This document shows, in pieces, positions 10,801 to 20,333 of a stretch of 21,169 nt of DNA. Where the stretch lies: NCBI GenBank assembly GCA_945859975.1, contig CAMAPH010000044.1, positions 1-21,169 of the forward strand, given 5' to 3'. Source of the DNA: Chthonomonas calidirosea (GTDB taxonomy: Bacteria; Armatimonadota; Fimbriimonadia; Fimbriimonadales; Fimbriimonadaceae). Made by a program: the position numbers and the translations under genes. The notes under the pieces are model-generated. The model had not been told where the DNA came from, made no database searches, and was given only the letters and a program-made list of their open reading frames with translations. Numbering within the stretch: the stretch's first letter is position 1; every line of letters begins with the position of its first letter.

Positions 10801-12297
10801 ATGAATAAGACAAACATCTCCCTTCATCCTGCCTTTACCATCGACACCGTAGACCCGCGAGTTTTTGGTGGATTCTTAGAGCACCTCGGTCGTGCGGTTT
10901 ACGAAGGCGTTTACCACCCCGGTTCTGTTCACGCCGACAACAAAGGCTTCCGATGGGACGTTCTTGATGCACTGAAGCGGTTGAAGTTCACCGCCATGCG
11001 ATATCCCGGTGGCAACTTTGTCAGCGGCTACGATTGGCTTGATGGCGTTGGTCCAAGGGAGAACCGACCTACCAAGATGGATCTGGCATGGCAGAGCGCC
11101 GAACCCAATCAGTTCGGCACGAATGAGTTCATGGAGATGTCGAACGAGATGGATTGGACGCCGATGATGGCGGTCAATTTGGGGACCGGCACGCCGGCTG
11201 AGGCGCGCAACTGGCTCGAGTACTGTAACGGCAAGGGCGGCACTTACTGGGCAGACAAGCGGATCTCACATGGCTACGATAAGCCTCACGATATCAAGCT
11301 TTGGTGCCTGGGTAACGAGATGGATGGACCGTGGCAGATCGGCCACGTTCCGGCGGAAGAGTATGCGATTCGAGCCCAACAAACGGCGCGCTTGATGAAG
11401 ATGTGCGACCCGGAAGTAGAGCTGGTTTTGTGCGGTTCATGCGCGGTTAACCTTCCGACCTACATGGAATGGGACCGAAAAGCCTTGGAGTATTGTCACA
11501 ACGATGTTGACTACATCAGTCTGCATTGCTACGTTGGAAATGACGCTAACGATACAGAAGACTTCCTAGCCGTTGGTCTTGCGATTGACAAGCAGATTGA
11601 AGAACTCGATTTCGCGACTCGTTATGTGCAGGCTAAAACTCGATCCAAGAAGCGCGTGAAGCTCAGCTTCGACGAATGGAACGTCTGGTATCGCGCACGA
11701 TCTGGCGAACACGTTGACGGTCGAGGAAAGCTTGCGCCGCCACTTCTCGAGGAGGTTTACAATCTCGAAGATGCGTTGGTCGTCATGCAGTTCTTGAACA
11801 GCTTTATCCGACACGCAGACTCGGTAAAGATCGCCAACATCGCGCAGATTGTGAACGTGATCGCACCAATTTTGACCCGTGGGGACGAGATGGTAATTCA
11901 GTCGATCTTCTACCCAATCGAAATGTTTGCCAATCGAAGAACTGGTACGTCACTCCAAGTTGGAGTCGATGGACCAACGGTCGCAAGCAAGACCCACCCA
12001 ACGGCTAAGCAGATTGACGCGAGCGCGATTCTCAATGAGAATGAGCTGTATTGCTTCTTTGTGAATCGAAGTACGACGGAGAGCGCGGAAGTTCGAGTTG
12101 ACTTGTCCACCCGACAACTGACCAGCCTTAGCTCCGGCGAAATCATCACCGGAACCGATCCGAAGGCGTTCAATGACTTTGGACAGCCGGAGAAAGTCCG
12201 GTCAGAAGAGTTCAATGAAGTGATCTTCCAGGACGGAGTTGCTGTGATCTCACTTCCGCCACTGTCCGCCTTCGGTGGAACGTTCGTCGTCGGCTAA
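10801..12297 (+). CDS. abfA: Cytoplasmic GH51 alpha-L-arabinofuranosidase (AbfA-like)
   Basis: FLEHLGRAVYEG, RYPGGNFVSGY, WCLGNEMDGPWQIG, SFDEWNVWY and AQIVNVIAPI motifs; no signal peptide. Confidence 0.93.
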   Translation: MNKTNISLHPAFTIDTVDPRVFGGFLEHLGRAVYEGVYHPGSVHADNKGFRWDVLDALKRLKFTAMRYPGGNFVSGYDWLDGVGPRENRPTKMDLAWQSAEPNQFGTNEFMEMSNEMDWTPMMAVNLGTGTPAEARNWLEYCNGKGGTYWADKRISHGYDKPHDIKLWCLGNEMDGPWQIGHVPAEEYAIRAQQTARLMKMCDPEVELVLCGSCAVNLPTYMEWDRKALEYCHNDVDYISLHCYVGNDANDTEDFLAVGLAIDKQIEELDFATRYVQAKTRSKKRVKLSFDEWNVWYRARSGEHVDGRGKLAPPLLEEVYNLEDALVVMQFLNSFIRHADSVKIANIAQIVNVIAPILTRGDEMVIQSIFYPIEMFANRRTGTSLQVGVDGPTVASKTHPTAKQIDASAILNENELYCFFVNRSTTESAEVRVDLSTRQLTSLSSGEIITGTDPKAFNDFGQPEKVRSEEFNEVIFQDGVAVISLPPLSAFGGTFVVG

Positions 12298-12300
12298 GAC

Positions 12301-12340
12301 AATTTGATGGGCTCCCATGCTTCGGGAGCCCAAACAAATT
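12301..12340. terminator. Hairpin downstream of abfA
   Basis: TGGGCTCCC-ATGCTTC-GGGAGCCCA (12308-12332), extended by AATTTG/CAAATT; only a weak U-tail. Confidence 0.55.
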
Positions 12341-12366
12341 CCCTCTGACACCCCCGTCCACAAAAG

Positions 12367-12418
12367 CCTGAATATTCATTGCTCGCTATGAATATTCAGG
12401 GATTCATGTGGTTAGAAT
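12367..12418 (+). promoter_or_regulatory. Perfect palindromic operator and -10 box upstream of the third GH51 / monosaccharide ABC operon
   Basis: CCTGAATATTCAT-N8-ATGAATATTCAGG (12367-12400); TAGAAT at 12413-12418. Confidence 0.7.
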
Positions 12419-12430
12419 AAACAAAGCACT

Positions 12431-14821
12431 ATGGCTCTCATTGTAATTGCTGCTTGGGCAATGGCCGCCCAGGAAACGCCGTCAGTTTCCATCAACCTCG
12501 ATAAGGCGACGGTTGCCGTGCCCCGTTCCTTGTTTGGAATCTTCTTCGAGGAAATCAACAACGCGGGCGAAGGCGGTCTCTATGCCGAGTTACTTTCAAA
12601 CCGGGGCATGTTGCGCGGAAACGCTGGTCTGCCGGAAGGCTGGAAATCTGTTTCCAAGTCCGTGACCTTTGATTCCCAAACAAAGCTCAACGACGCTTCT
12701 GCTGGTTCCATCATCTTGGACGCAAAGGATTCCTCCGTTGCGGTCGAGAATGGCGGCTTTTGGGGCATCCCGGTCAAAAGCGGGAAGCGTTTGGCCGGCT
12801 CAGTTTGGGTGAAGGGTACGGGCAATCTTTCGGTGGCTCTTGCCGGGACCAAGGGAGCAGCGGTGTCGAACTCGGTGAATGTCCAAGCTGCCTCATCTTG
12901 GAAAGAGGTTCCGCTCGCTTTCTCTCCGATCGGTTCGGACTCAAAGGCCAAGTTGGTCATCACGGCAGAAAAGGGAAGTAGCGTTTCCATTGGCTACGCA
13001 TCGCTGATGCCGGAGAAGACTTGGAAGAACCGAGCTAATGGCCTGCGACCAGACTTGGCGGAACGAATCGCCGAGCTGGAACCTGGCTTCCTGCGGTTCC
13101 CGGGCGGCTGCTACGTTGAGGGCAATAACCTCGGCAACGCTTTCGAGTGGCGCGGAACTCTGGCTCCAATCGAGAAGCGTCCTGGTACGCCTCGGTCCTT
13201 TTGGGGATACACCTCCAGTAACGGTCTCGGATATCACGAGTACTTGCAGCTCTGTGAAGATGTTCAGGCAGAGCCGCTGTTCGTCATCAACTGCGGAATG
13301 TCGCACTCGGAAATCACTCCGATGGACAAGATGGATCGGCACGTCAAAGACGCGCTCGATGCGATCGAATACGCGAACGGACCGGTGAGCTCAAAGATGG
13401 GGGCTCTCCGCGCGGCCAACGGACACCCAAAGTCGTTCAACCTGAAATACGTCGAAATCGGGAACGAGAACGGCTATTCCTGGTCCTTCGGTGGACCGGC
13501 GCCATATTACGAGCGGTTCAAACTCATTAACGAAGCCATCAAGGCCAAGCACCCAGAAATCGTTACGATTTCGAACGTCGAAGTACCGAACCCTGGAGAC
13601 CTGACGAGCGAGCACTACTACGACACGCCGCGCTGGTTCTGGGCAAACAAGGATCGGTACAACACCTACAACCGGAACGGTAACAAGGTGTACATCGGCG
13701 AGTACGCGGTAACCCGAGACAACGGGCGGGGAAGCCTTGCCGGAGCACTTGGCGAAGCCGCCTTCATGACCGGGATGGAGCGAAACGCCGACATCGTCGC
13801 GATGGGATCGTACGCGCCACTATTCGAAAACATTAACAATCGGCAGTGGAACCCAAATGCCATCGTGTTCGACGGAACTCGCAGCTATGGCACCCCAAGC
13901 TACTGGGTGCAGCAGATGTTCGCCTCGAATCGAACCGACTTGATGTTCGACTCAAAGGCTGTTGCCCCGCCAACGCCACCGCAGCCGGTCGCGGGTGGAT
14001 TTGGACTGAAGACTTGGAACACCGCCGCAGAGTTTAAGGATGTTAAAGTCGTGATCAACGGCAAAACCGAATACTCTGCCGCGATTCCGAAGCTAACCGA
14101 TCTTGCCGATGTCCGCGGCGATTGGAAAGTTGGCGATGGGGCGCTGCGGCAGACTGCGGAAGTTGAAGACCGACATGCAGTCATTAAGGGAATTACTGCA
14201 AAGGCCACTGACGATTGGACCTTCGAGTTCACGGCGAAAACCTTAAGCGGGAGAGAAGGGTTCCTTGCTTCCTTCGCGATCAAGCCAACTGGCGAATTCG
14301 CTCATTGGAACCTGGGCGGATGGAATAACACCGAGCACGGCTTTGAGCGCGGCGGAAGAGTCGGCGCAAACCTTAAGGGCAAGATCGAACTTGGAAAGTG
14401 GTACCAGGTCCGCCTTGTAAAGCAGGGTGAGAAAGTTCTTGGCTACTTGGATGGCAAGCTGTTGCAGACCTTTGCTGAGGGCCCAGGTCCATCGGACTTG
14501 GCCGCTTCTGCCGGCATTGATATCAAGCGCAAAGAGTTGGTGCTTAAGTTCGTAAGCGGCGCAAACTCCGACCGTGTGATCAATCTGAGCGGACTATCCT
14601 TCAAGCCAAACGAAATGTGGTCTGGACAAATTCTCTCGCACGCCCTTGCGACGGCCGAGAATAGCCTAGATCAACCAAACGTGGTGATTCCTCGTACAAT
14701 CAAGCTCAAAGCGGCTAAAACCATCACGCTTCCTCCGAATTCTCTGCTAATCTTGCGGGTGCCCGCCAGCGAAAATCTGGTTCGACAATCTCAGGCTGAG
14801 CTTAAGAAACGAAATCCATGA
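12431..14821 (+). CDS. Secreted multidomain GH51 alpha-L-arabinofuranosidase (N-terminal CBM-like domain, inserted beta-sandwich domain)
   Basis: GIFFEEINNAGEGGLYAELL, LRFPGGCYVEG, VEIGNEN, YIGEYAV, MERNADIV and SYAPLF motifs; about 170-aa insert containing HWNLGGWNN; short signal peptide. Confidence 0.9.
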   Translation: MALIVIAAWAMAAQETPSVSINLDKATVAVPRSLFGIFFEEINNAGEGGLYAELLSNRGMLRGNAGLPEGWKSVSKSVTFDSQTKLNDASAGSIILDAKDSSVAVENGGFWGIPVKSGKRLAGSVWVKGTGNLSVALAGTKGAAVSNSVNVQAASSWKEVPLAFSPIGSDSKAKLVITAEKGSSVSIGYASLMPEKTWKNRANGLRPDLAERIAELEPGFLRFPGGCYVEGNNLGNAFEWRGTLAPIEKRPGTPRSFWGYTSSNGLGYHEYLQLCEDVQAEPLFVINCGMSHSEITPMDKMDRHVKDALDAIEYANGPVSSKMGALRAANGHPKSFNLKYVEIGNENGYSWSFGGPAPYYERFKLINEAIKAKHPEIVTISNVEVPNPGDLTSEHYYDTPRWFWANKDRYNTYNRNGNKVYIGEYAVTRDNGRGSLAGALGEAAFMTGMERNADIVAMGSYAPLFENINNRQWNPNAIVFDGTRSYGTPSYWVQQMFASNRTDLMFDSKAVAPPTPPQPVAGGFGLKTWNTAAEFKDVKVVINGKTEYSAAIPKLTDLADVRGDWKVGDGALRQTAEVEDRHAVIKGITAKATDDWTFEFTAKTLSGREGFLASFAIKPTGEFAHWNLGGWNNTEHGFERGGRVGANLKGKIELGKWYQVRLVKQGEKVLGYLDGKLLQTFAEGPGPSDLAASAGIDIKRKELVLKFVSGANSDRVINLSGLSFKPNEMWSGQILSHALATAENSLDQPNVVIPRTIKLKAAKTITLPPNSLLILRVPASENLVRQSQAELKKRNP

Positions 14822-15822
14822 ACAAAACAACGTTAGCAACCTTACTCCTCTGTGGCGTCGTCCTTTTCTCCGGACTTGGATGCTCCGTTACCGCTGAGCC
14901 GAGCGCCGAGAAAGACGGCAAGGCAACCGAAACGACGGGCAAGAAGCTCCAGTTGGCGTTCGTTACGAATAACGCATCTGACTTCTGGACCATTGCACGA
15001 AAGGGCGTTGAAAAGGCAGATGGCGAACTCGATAACGTCGAGGTCAACTTTCAGATGCCAAGCGAAGGCACGGCCGCGGAGCAGAAGCGAATCGTCGATG
15101 ACCTTCTCGCCAAGGGTGTAGATGGCATCGCCATCAGCCCGGTTGACCCGAAGAACCAGACCGAGATGCTCGACGGCGTTGCTAAGCAAGTTCTTTTGGT
15201 CACCCAGGACAGCGACGCGCCAGACAGTCAGCGCGCTTGCTATGTCGGAACCGACAATGTTGCCGCTGGTCGCCAGGCTGGCGAAGAGCTCAAGAAGGCG
15301 CTTCCGAACGGCGGCAAGGTCATGGTCTTCGTAGGCAACGCCGATGCTCAGAACGCAGCCGAGCGGTTTAAGGGACTTAAGGAAGCGATCGAAGGATCGA
15401 AGATCACGATCCTCGATATTCGAACCGACGGCACCGACCGAGTTAAGGCGAAGGCCAACGTTGAAGACACTCTTGTCAACACACCAGACATTGCTGGCCT
15501 CGTGGGACTCTGGAGCTACAACGGCCCAGCGATCCTCAGCGCAGTTAAGGAAGCAGGCAAGGTTGGCAAGGTCAAGATCGTTTGCTTCGATGAAGAAGAC
15601 GACACGCTTGCCGGAGTTGCGGCGGGTGAGATCGAAGTCACGATCGTCCAGCAGCCGTTTGAGTTCGGCTACCAGTCAGTGAAACTGATGTCCGAAGTTA
15701 AGGGTGGAAAGGCCGACGCGATTCCAGCCGACAAGAAGATGATCGTTGAAACGAAGGCAATCGGAAAAGACACCGTTGCCGATTTCAAGAAGAACCTCGA
15801 CGAACTTCGTGGCCGAAAGTAA
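14818..15822 (+). CDS. Monosaccharide (CUT2, RbsB-like) ABC binding lipoprotein
   Basis: FSGLG|C lipobox; FVTNNASDFW, GIAISPVD, YVGTDNVAAG and IVQQPFEFGY motifs. Confidence 0.92.
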   Translation: MNKTTLATLLLCGVVLFSGLGCSVTAEPSAEKDGKATETTGKKLQLAFVTNNASDFWTIARKGVEKADGELDNVEVNFQMPSEGTAAEQKRIVDDLLAKGVDGIAISPVDPKNQTEMLDGVAKQVLLVTQDSDAPDSQRACYVGTDNVAAGRQAGEELKKALPNGGKVMVFVGNADAQNAAERFKGLKEAIEGSKITILDIRTDGTDRVKAKANVEDTLVNTPDIAGLVGLWSYNGPAILSAVKEAGKVGKVKIVCFDEEDDTLAGVAAGEIEVTIVQQPFEFGYQSVKLMSEVKGGKADAIPADKKMIVETKAIGKDTVADFKKNLDELRGRK

Positions 15823-17290
15823 GTCGCTGCTGTCAGCGTCGAACCTCACCAAATCGTATGGTGGGGTTCGCGCGCTCGACACGGTCTCGCTGGAGCTTAA
15901 TACCGGCGAGACCGTCGGCTTGCTAGGCGCCAACGGTGCTGGAAAGTCGACCCTCATCAAGATCCTTTGTGGACTTGTGACGCCTGATTCAGGCTCGATC
16001 ATTTTTGAAGGCAGGCAGGTTGGGCCGCTTTCGCCCAAGGTCTCGGAGCAACTTGGGATCTCGGTGATCCACCAAGAACGGCACGCGCTCGAGAACTTGA
16101 CCGTTGCGGAGAATATTTATCTTGGTCGCGAGCCAAAGATTGGGCCGTTCTTGGATAACCGAAGCCTCAACGCTAACACTCAGGTTGTGTTGGACCGGCT
16201 TAGGCTGGATGTTTCGCCTTCGACTCCGGTTCAGGACCTTTCGAACGCGCAGCGGCAGATGGTGGAGATTGCCCGGGCGCTGAGTTTTAACGCGAAGCTC
16301 GTCATCATGGATGAGCCGACTTCGAGCTTGTCCGAGACGGAAGCGGAGCGGTTGCTGACCATCGTCGATGAGCTTCGAGCGCAGGGCGTGACGGTGCTTT
16401 ACGTTTCGCACCGAATTGATGAGATTCTGCGGATCGCTACTCGGACCGTGAGTTTGACGGACGGAAAGAACTCGGGGAATCTAGCCGGGGGCGAGATGAC
16501 GCGGGAGAACATTATCCAGAGCATCATCGGTCGAACCGAGGCGGCGCGGCGGTCGGAGTCGCGAGTTGCCGGAGAGGCTCGGCTGGTGGTTTCTAACGTT
16601 CGCACAACGAAGTATCCGGACATCCCGGTTTCGTTTGAGGTTCGGCGGGGTGAAGTTCTTGGCATTACCGGGCTAGTGGGTTCTGGGCGGTCTGAGGTCG
16701 CGCGGGTGATTTTTGGGATCGATCGTCCGGTTGGCGGAGAAGTCACCATTGACGGTGAGCCGTTGAGTCTGGGCGATACTTTGAACACGATCAAGAAGGG
16801 TGTGTTCCTGGTTCCGGAAGATCGGCGGAATCTCGGGGTGATTTTGGATTTCTCCATTGAGCGCAATATCACCTTGCCTTCGGTGAAGGATGCCGGTGGG
16901 CCGATTGTGAGCGAGGCGGGGTCGCGAACGATGGCGGCGACGCAGATTAAGAACCTGAGCATCAAGTGCGCGACGATGGATCAGCCGGTGTCTTCACTGA
17001 GCGGCGGGAACCAGCAGAAGGTGGCCCTTGGCAAGTGGCTGGCGAAGGATGCGCGGTGCCTGGTGCTGGATGAGCCGACTTGCGGAGTTGACATCGGGGC
17101 GCGCGGAGAGATTTATGACCAGATCGATGCGCTGGCCAAACAAGGGTTGGCGGTGTTGATGATCAGTAGCGATACCGACGAAGTTTTGACCCAGTGCGAT
17201 CGGGTTTTGGTGTTCTCGCGAGGCGGCGTTGCCGGAGAGCTATCACGTGACCAACTGTCTAAGGACGCCATCATGAGGCTCGCAATTTAA
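15809..17290 (+). CDS. Monosaccharide ABC transporter ATP-binding protein (RbsA/AraG-like, two NBDs)
   Basis: GANGAGKST, MDEPTSSL, GLVGSGRSE, LSGGNQQKV and LDEPTCGVD motifs. Start probably GTG 15809 rather than 15746. Confidence 0.92.
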   Translation: MAESKSLLSASNLTKSYGGVRALDTVSLELNTGETVGLLGANGAGKSTLIKILCGLVTPDSGSIIFEGRQVGPLSPKVSEQLGISVIHQERHALENLTVAENIYLGREPKIGPFLDNRSLNANTQVVLDRLRLDVSPSTPVQDLSNAQRQMVEIARALSFNAKLVIMDEPTSSLSETEAERLLTIVDELRAQGVTVLYVSHRIDEILRIATRTVSLTDGKNSGNLAGGEMTRENIIQSIIGRTEAARRSESRVAGEARLVVSNVRTTKYPDIPVSFEVRRGEVLGITGLVGSGRSEVARVIFGIDRPVGGEVTIDGEPLSLGDTLNTIKKGVFLVPEDRRNLGVILDFSIERNITLPSVKDAGGPIVSEAGSRTMAATQIKNLSIKCATMDQPVSSLSGGNQQKVALGKWLAKDARCLVLDEPTCGVDIGARGEIYDQIDALAKQGLAVLMISSDTDEVLTQCDRVLVFSRGGVAGELSRDQLSKDAIMRLAI

Positions 17291-18240
17291 TGTTGAATCG
17301 ATATCGAAAAGAACTGCTCCTGCTCGCGGTGCTTGTGGTGGTTTGTATTTTCTTAACCATCCGAAATCCGCAGTTTTTGTCCCCGACTAATTTGCAAAAC
17401 ATTACTCGGCAGATTGGAATGTACGGCATCCTGAGCATCGGCGTAGCAGTGGTTGTGGTTACCGGCGGGATTGATTTGTCCGTCGGTTCGATGTGTGCGC
17501 TGCTGGGCGTACTGATGGCGATGGGGCTGGTGGAGAAGAAGATGCCACCGGCGATTGTCATCCCCGGAATCTTGGCGATTGGCGGGGCTCTGGGTTGGCT
17601 TCATGGGATTTTGGTGTCCCGATTGAAGCTGCAGCCGTTCATCGTGACGCTCTGCGGATTGCTGCTTTACCGAGGTGCGGCGCGGTTTGTGGCTTCGGAC
17701 GAGTCGAAAGGTTTTGGCGACTCGGCGGGGTTTGAGCCGCTGAAGCAACTGGCTACGGGCAGCATCGCAGGGATGTCGACGGCGTTTGTGCTGTTCCTGA
17801 TCGTTACCGTTCTGGTCGGAGTTTTGCTCCACAAGTCGGTTTTGGGTCGACACCTATATGCAGTCGGTAAGAACAGCGAGGCGGCGCGGTATGCGGGCGT
17901 TAACGTGCTGCGCGTTGAGACGATTGCCTACGTGATCGCCGGGGTTTGTACCGGGGTTGCGGCGATCTTGTTCGCGTTTTACACGAACTCGATTGCGCCG
18001 AGTTCGCATGGTAGCTACTACGAGCTTTATGGCGTTGCCGCCGTGGTTCTCGGCGGCTTTTCGCTGCGCGGTGGCGAAGGCACGGTTATTGGCGTCGTGC
18101 TCGGCGTGATCTTGCTGCAGGTTTTGCAGAACTTGGTCAACCTGCTCGGCGTTCCAAGTTCCTTGAACTTCGCGGTTATGGGATTTGTGATCCTGATCGG
18201 CGCGCTGCTGGAGAAGGCTTTCCAGAAGAAAGCGGCTTAG
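17290..18240 (+). CDS. Monosaccharide ABC permease (RbsC-like)
   Basis: GGIDLSVGS, PFIVTL, GRHLYAVGKN, YELYGVAAVVLGG motifs. Its stop overlaps the convergent DUF1684 stop (TTAG 18237-18240). Confidence 0.93.
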   Translation: MLNRYRKELLLLAVLVVVCIFLTIRNPQFLSPTNLQNITRQIGMYGILSIGVAVVVVTGGIDLSVGSMCALLGVLMAMGLVEKKMPPAIVIPGILAIGGALGWLHGILVSRLKLQPFIVTLCGLLLYRGAARFVASDESKGFGDSAGFEPLKQLATGSIAGMSTAFVLFLIVTVLVGVLLHKSVLGRHLYAVGKNSEAARYAGVNVLRVETIAYVIAGVCTGVAAILFAFYTNSIAPSSHGSYYELYGVAAVVLGGFSLRGGEGTVIGVVLGVILLQVLQNLVNLLGVPSSLNFAVMGFVILIGALLEKAFQKKAA

Positions 18241-19058
18241 TCCTTGTGGGCCGGTTGGTCCTTTTCGCCCGCCCGAATGGCTACCGGCAGGAAGTTCTCC
18301 TTCGGTGGCCTTGGGCAGGTGGCGAAGTCGGTGTAGGCACAGGGCGGATTGTAGGCTCGATTGAAGTCGATGACGACCTTGCCGTCCTTAGGTAGCTCTG
18401 AGTAGAGGAACCGGCCTGGGGTGTAGGTTTCCTTTCCGGCGGTTTTGTCGACGAAGTTGAAGAAGAGGACATCGCCTTCTTGCTGGGCTTCCATTCGGCA
18501 GGTTTTGCCTTCGAACTTGAACTCAACGTAGCCGGGGTTTGGCACGTCGTTGATATCGCCGATGACGTTGGCGATCTTCAGCGTTCGGACGGTTTTGTGC
18601 GGGACGAACTTGGCCTCGATGCGGTACTTCTCGTCGATCGGGAACCAGTTCAGGCCCTTGAACTCCTGCTGGAACTTCGACTTTGGATCGTAGAGGCGGA
18701 CGCCGATGCGGGTTCCGCGTTCGATGATCGTGAAGATGGCTTCCTGAACCGTGACTTGGTCCGGCGTTCCTTCGCCGTCGGTTTTCAGAACTCTGTCCGC
18801 TTCTCCGGGGACTTTTAAGGTGACGACTTTGCCGGCGCGGACGAGGGTGCCGTAAGCTTTCGGGGTGTAGTCAGGGAGTTTGACATCGCCTTCCGAGCCG
18901 ACGGTGTTTTCACCTTCCTTTAGCCAAAAGAGGCCGGCGACGCTGAGCCAGCCCGTGTTCCGCTTCAGCCCGACCTCGCGGTTCTCTCGCCACTTGAGTT
19001 CGGCGGTTTCGTAGGCGTCCAGATCGGCGGGCATGGCGGCGAGGGCGAGAAAGATCAT
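18237..19058 (-). CDS. DUF1684 domain protein
   Basis: GWLSVAGLFWL, LFFNFVDKTAGKETYTPGRFL and IDFNRAYNPPCAYTDFATCPRPPKENFL motifs. Start likely MIFLALAAM at 19058; the upstream 51 codons of the called ORF look non-coding. Confidence 0.88.
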   Translation of the reverse strand: MIFLALAAMPADLDAYETAELKWRENREVGLKRNTGWLSVAGLFWLKEGENTVGSEGDVKLPDYTPKAYGTLVRAGKVVTLKVPGEADRVLKTDGEGTPDQVTVQEAIFTIIERGTRIGVRLYDPKSKFQQEFKGLNWFPIDEKYRIEAKFVPHKTVRTLKIANVIGDINDVPNPGYVEFKFEGKTCRMEAQQEGDVLFFNFVDKTAGKETYTPGRFLYSELPKDGKVVIDFNRAYNPPCAYTDFATCPRPPKENFLPVAIRAGEKDQPAHKD

Positions 19059-19267
19059 GCTTTTAAAATACTCCGAGTTTTTGGATTGGTTGTGTAGGAC
19101 GAACGAATTGAAGGCAATTTGGGTCGAGAAGGGTGGATCAGGGCGTCGCTTTGAGCTTCTGCCGGGGCGCTTTGAGCTTCGCGCCTTGTCTAGCTTTGCG
19201 TGGCCTTGCATGGCCGGGGAACCTTTGGGGGCGTAGTGTAATTAATGTTCCCCCCCAGACGGATTAA

Positions 19268-20272
19268 TTAATTACAGCCCATGTTAGGTTCAAATTCTTC
19301 TTCAACCAGGGCGTAGGGGCGGGACTGGGAGGTGGAGGTTAGGGGCATGGTTTTGCCTTTGCGGCTGAGGACGCTTAGGGTAACTCGGACGGATTCGTAT
19401 TTCAGCCCGAGGGCTTCGGAGATTTCGGTTGCGGTGGCGGGGCCTTCTTTTAGGAAGTTCATGATTTGTTCGGTGTTGGTTTGCGGGCGTTCGGCGGTTG
19501 CTTCGTCGGCTAATCGCCAATCGAAGAAGCCGCGGCTCTCGACTTCCACTCGGGACGGCGGGGCGGGGTGGCGGCCTTGGCCGTGGATGGCGTAGCGGCG
19601 CGGGTTTTCCCCGGTCCCGATTCTTTCGAAGAAGAGATGGGTGCTGCTGGTGGCGAGGATTTGGGCGGAATCGGCGAAGCGCTCGGGGTAGTAGCCTCGG
19701 TGGGCACTTTTGGTGAGGTGGTGCAGGACGAGGGTGGCGCAGCCGAAGTAGTAGCTCCACTGACTGATTTTCGACATGATGTGCCGTGCCGACTGGTTGT
19801 CGGCGAGGTTGGTTCGTTCGACGGCGGCTTGGAGGCAGTCGATGACGACGAGCTTTGCGCCGAGCTTCATGGCCTCGACATAGACGTAGTGGGTTCGGTC
19901 TTTGTCGGGTTCATATTTGGGCTGGTTCAGGAAGCAATCGGGGTCGTCGAGGCGCGGGATTCCGCGGCGGTAGCCGATGTAGAAGGGGTCTTCGGGGGTG
20001 AGTCCGGCGTGGAGGGGTACTCGCTCGCGCGGGGATTCTTCGTGGGCGCACCAGACGACGGGAGCGGCTTGTAGCTGGTGGCCGAGGAAGGACTCGCCGC
20101 GACACAGAGCGCGGGCGAGGGCAGTGGCGAAGACGGTCTTGCCGACTTTGGGAGCGCTGGCGAGGACGACCATGCCCTGGGTGGGGATGAGGTTGGGGAC
20201 GAGCCAGTCGGGCTCGGTGGTGTGGGCGTGCTTGGACGGTTCTCCGGCACGCTCAAGGAAAATGGGTCGCAT
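19268..20272 (-). CDS. RecA-like (AAA_25/RepA-helicase-like) P-loop ATPase with C-terminal winged HTH
   Basis: WLVPNLIPTQGMVVLASAPKVGKT (Walker A), HEES, LVVID (Walker B), LVLHHLTK; C-terminal GPATATEISEALGLKYESVRVTLSVL HTH. Confidence 0.8.
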   Translation of the reverse strand: MRPIFLERAGEPSKHAHTTEPDWLVPNLIPTQGMVVLASAPKVGKTVFATALARALCRGESFLGHQLQAAPVVWCAHEESPRERVPLHAGLTPEDPFYIGYRRGIPRLDDPDCFLNQPKYEPDKDRTHYVYVEAMKLGAKLVVIDCLQAAVERTNLADNQSARHIMSKISQWSYYFGCATLVLHHLTKSAHRGYYPERFADSAQILATSSTHLFFERIGTGENPRRYAIHGQGRHPAPPSRVEVESRGFFDWRLADEATAERPQTNTEQIMNFLKEGPATATEISEALGLKYESVRVTLSVLSRKGKTMPLTSTSQSRPYALVEEEFEPNMGCN

Positions 20273-20318
20273 ACCTTATGAGGGCGTTGGGAGGGGAAAA
20301 GTCAACCAAGGTTTTTGC

Positions 20319-20333
20319 GGGGGGGGGGGGGGG
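20319..20333. repeat. G15 homopolymer
   Basis: 15 consecutive G between the ATPase start codon and the array. Confidence 0.9.

Noticed and set aside
19059..19211. N-terminal extension of the DUF1684 ORF
   Set aside because: Low-complexity basic sequence preceding a signal-like MIFLALAAM start; treated as intergenic.
18237..20272. DUF1684 or the ATPase as known cas genes
   Set aside because: No RuvC, HNH, HEPN, RAMP, Cas1 or Cas2 motifs are recognisable.
20286..20307. GTTGGGAGGGGAAAAGTCAACC as an anti-repeat/tracrRNA or extra repeat
   Set aside because: Only short gapped similarity, off-period (87 nt from repeat 1) and no downstream hairpins; more likely part of the ATPase promoter.
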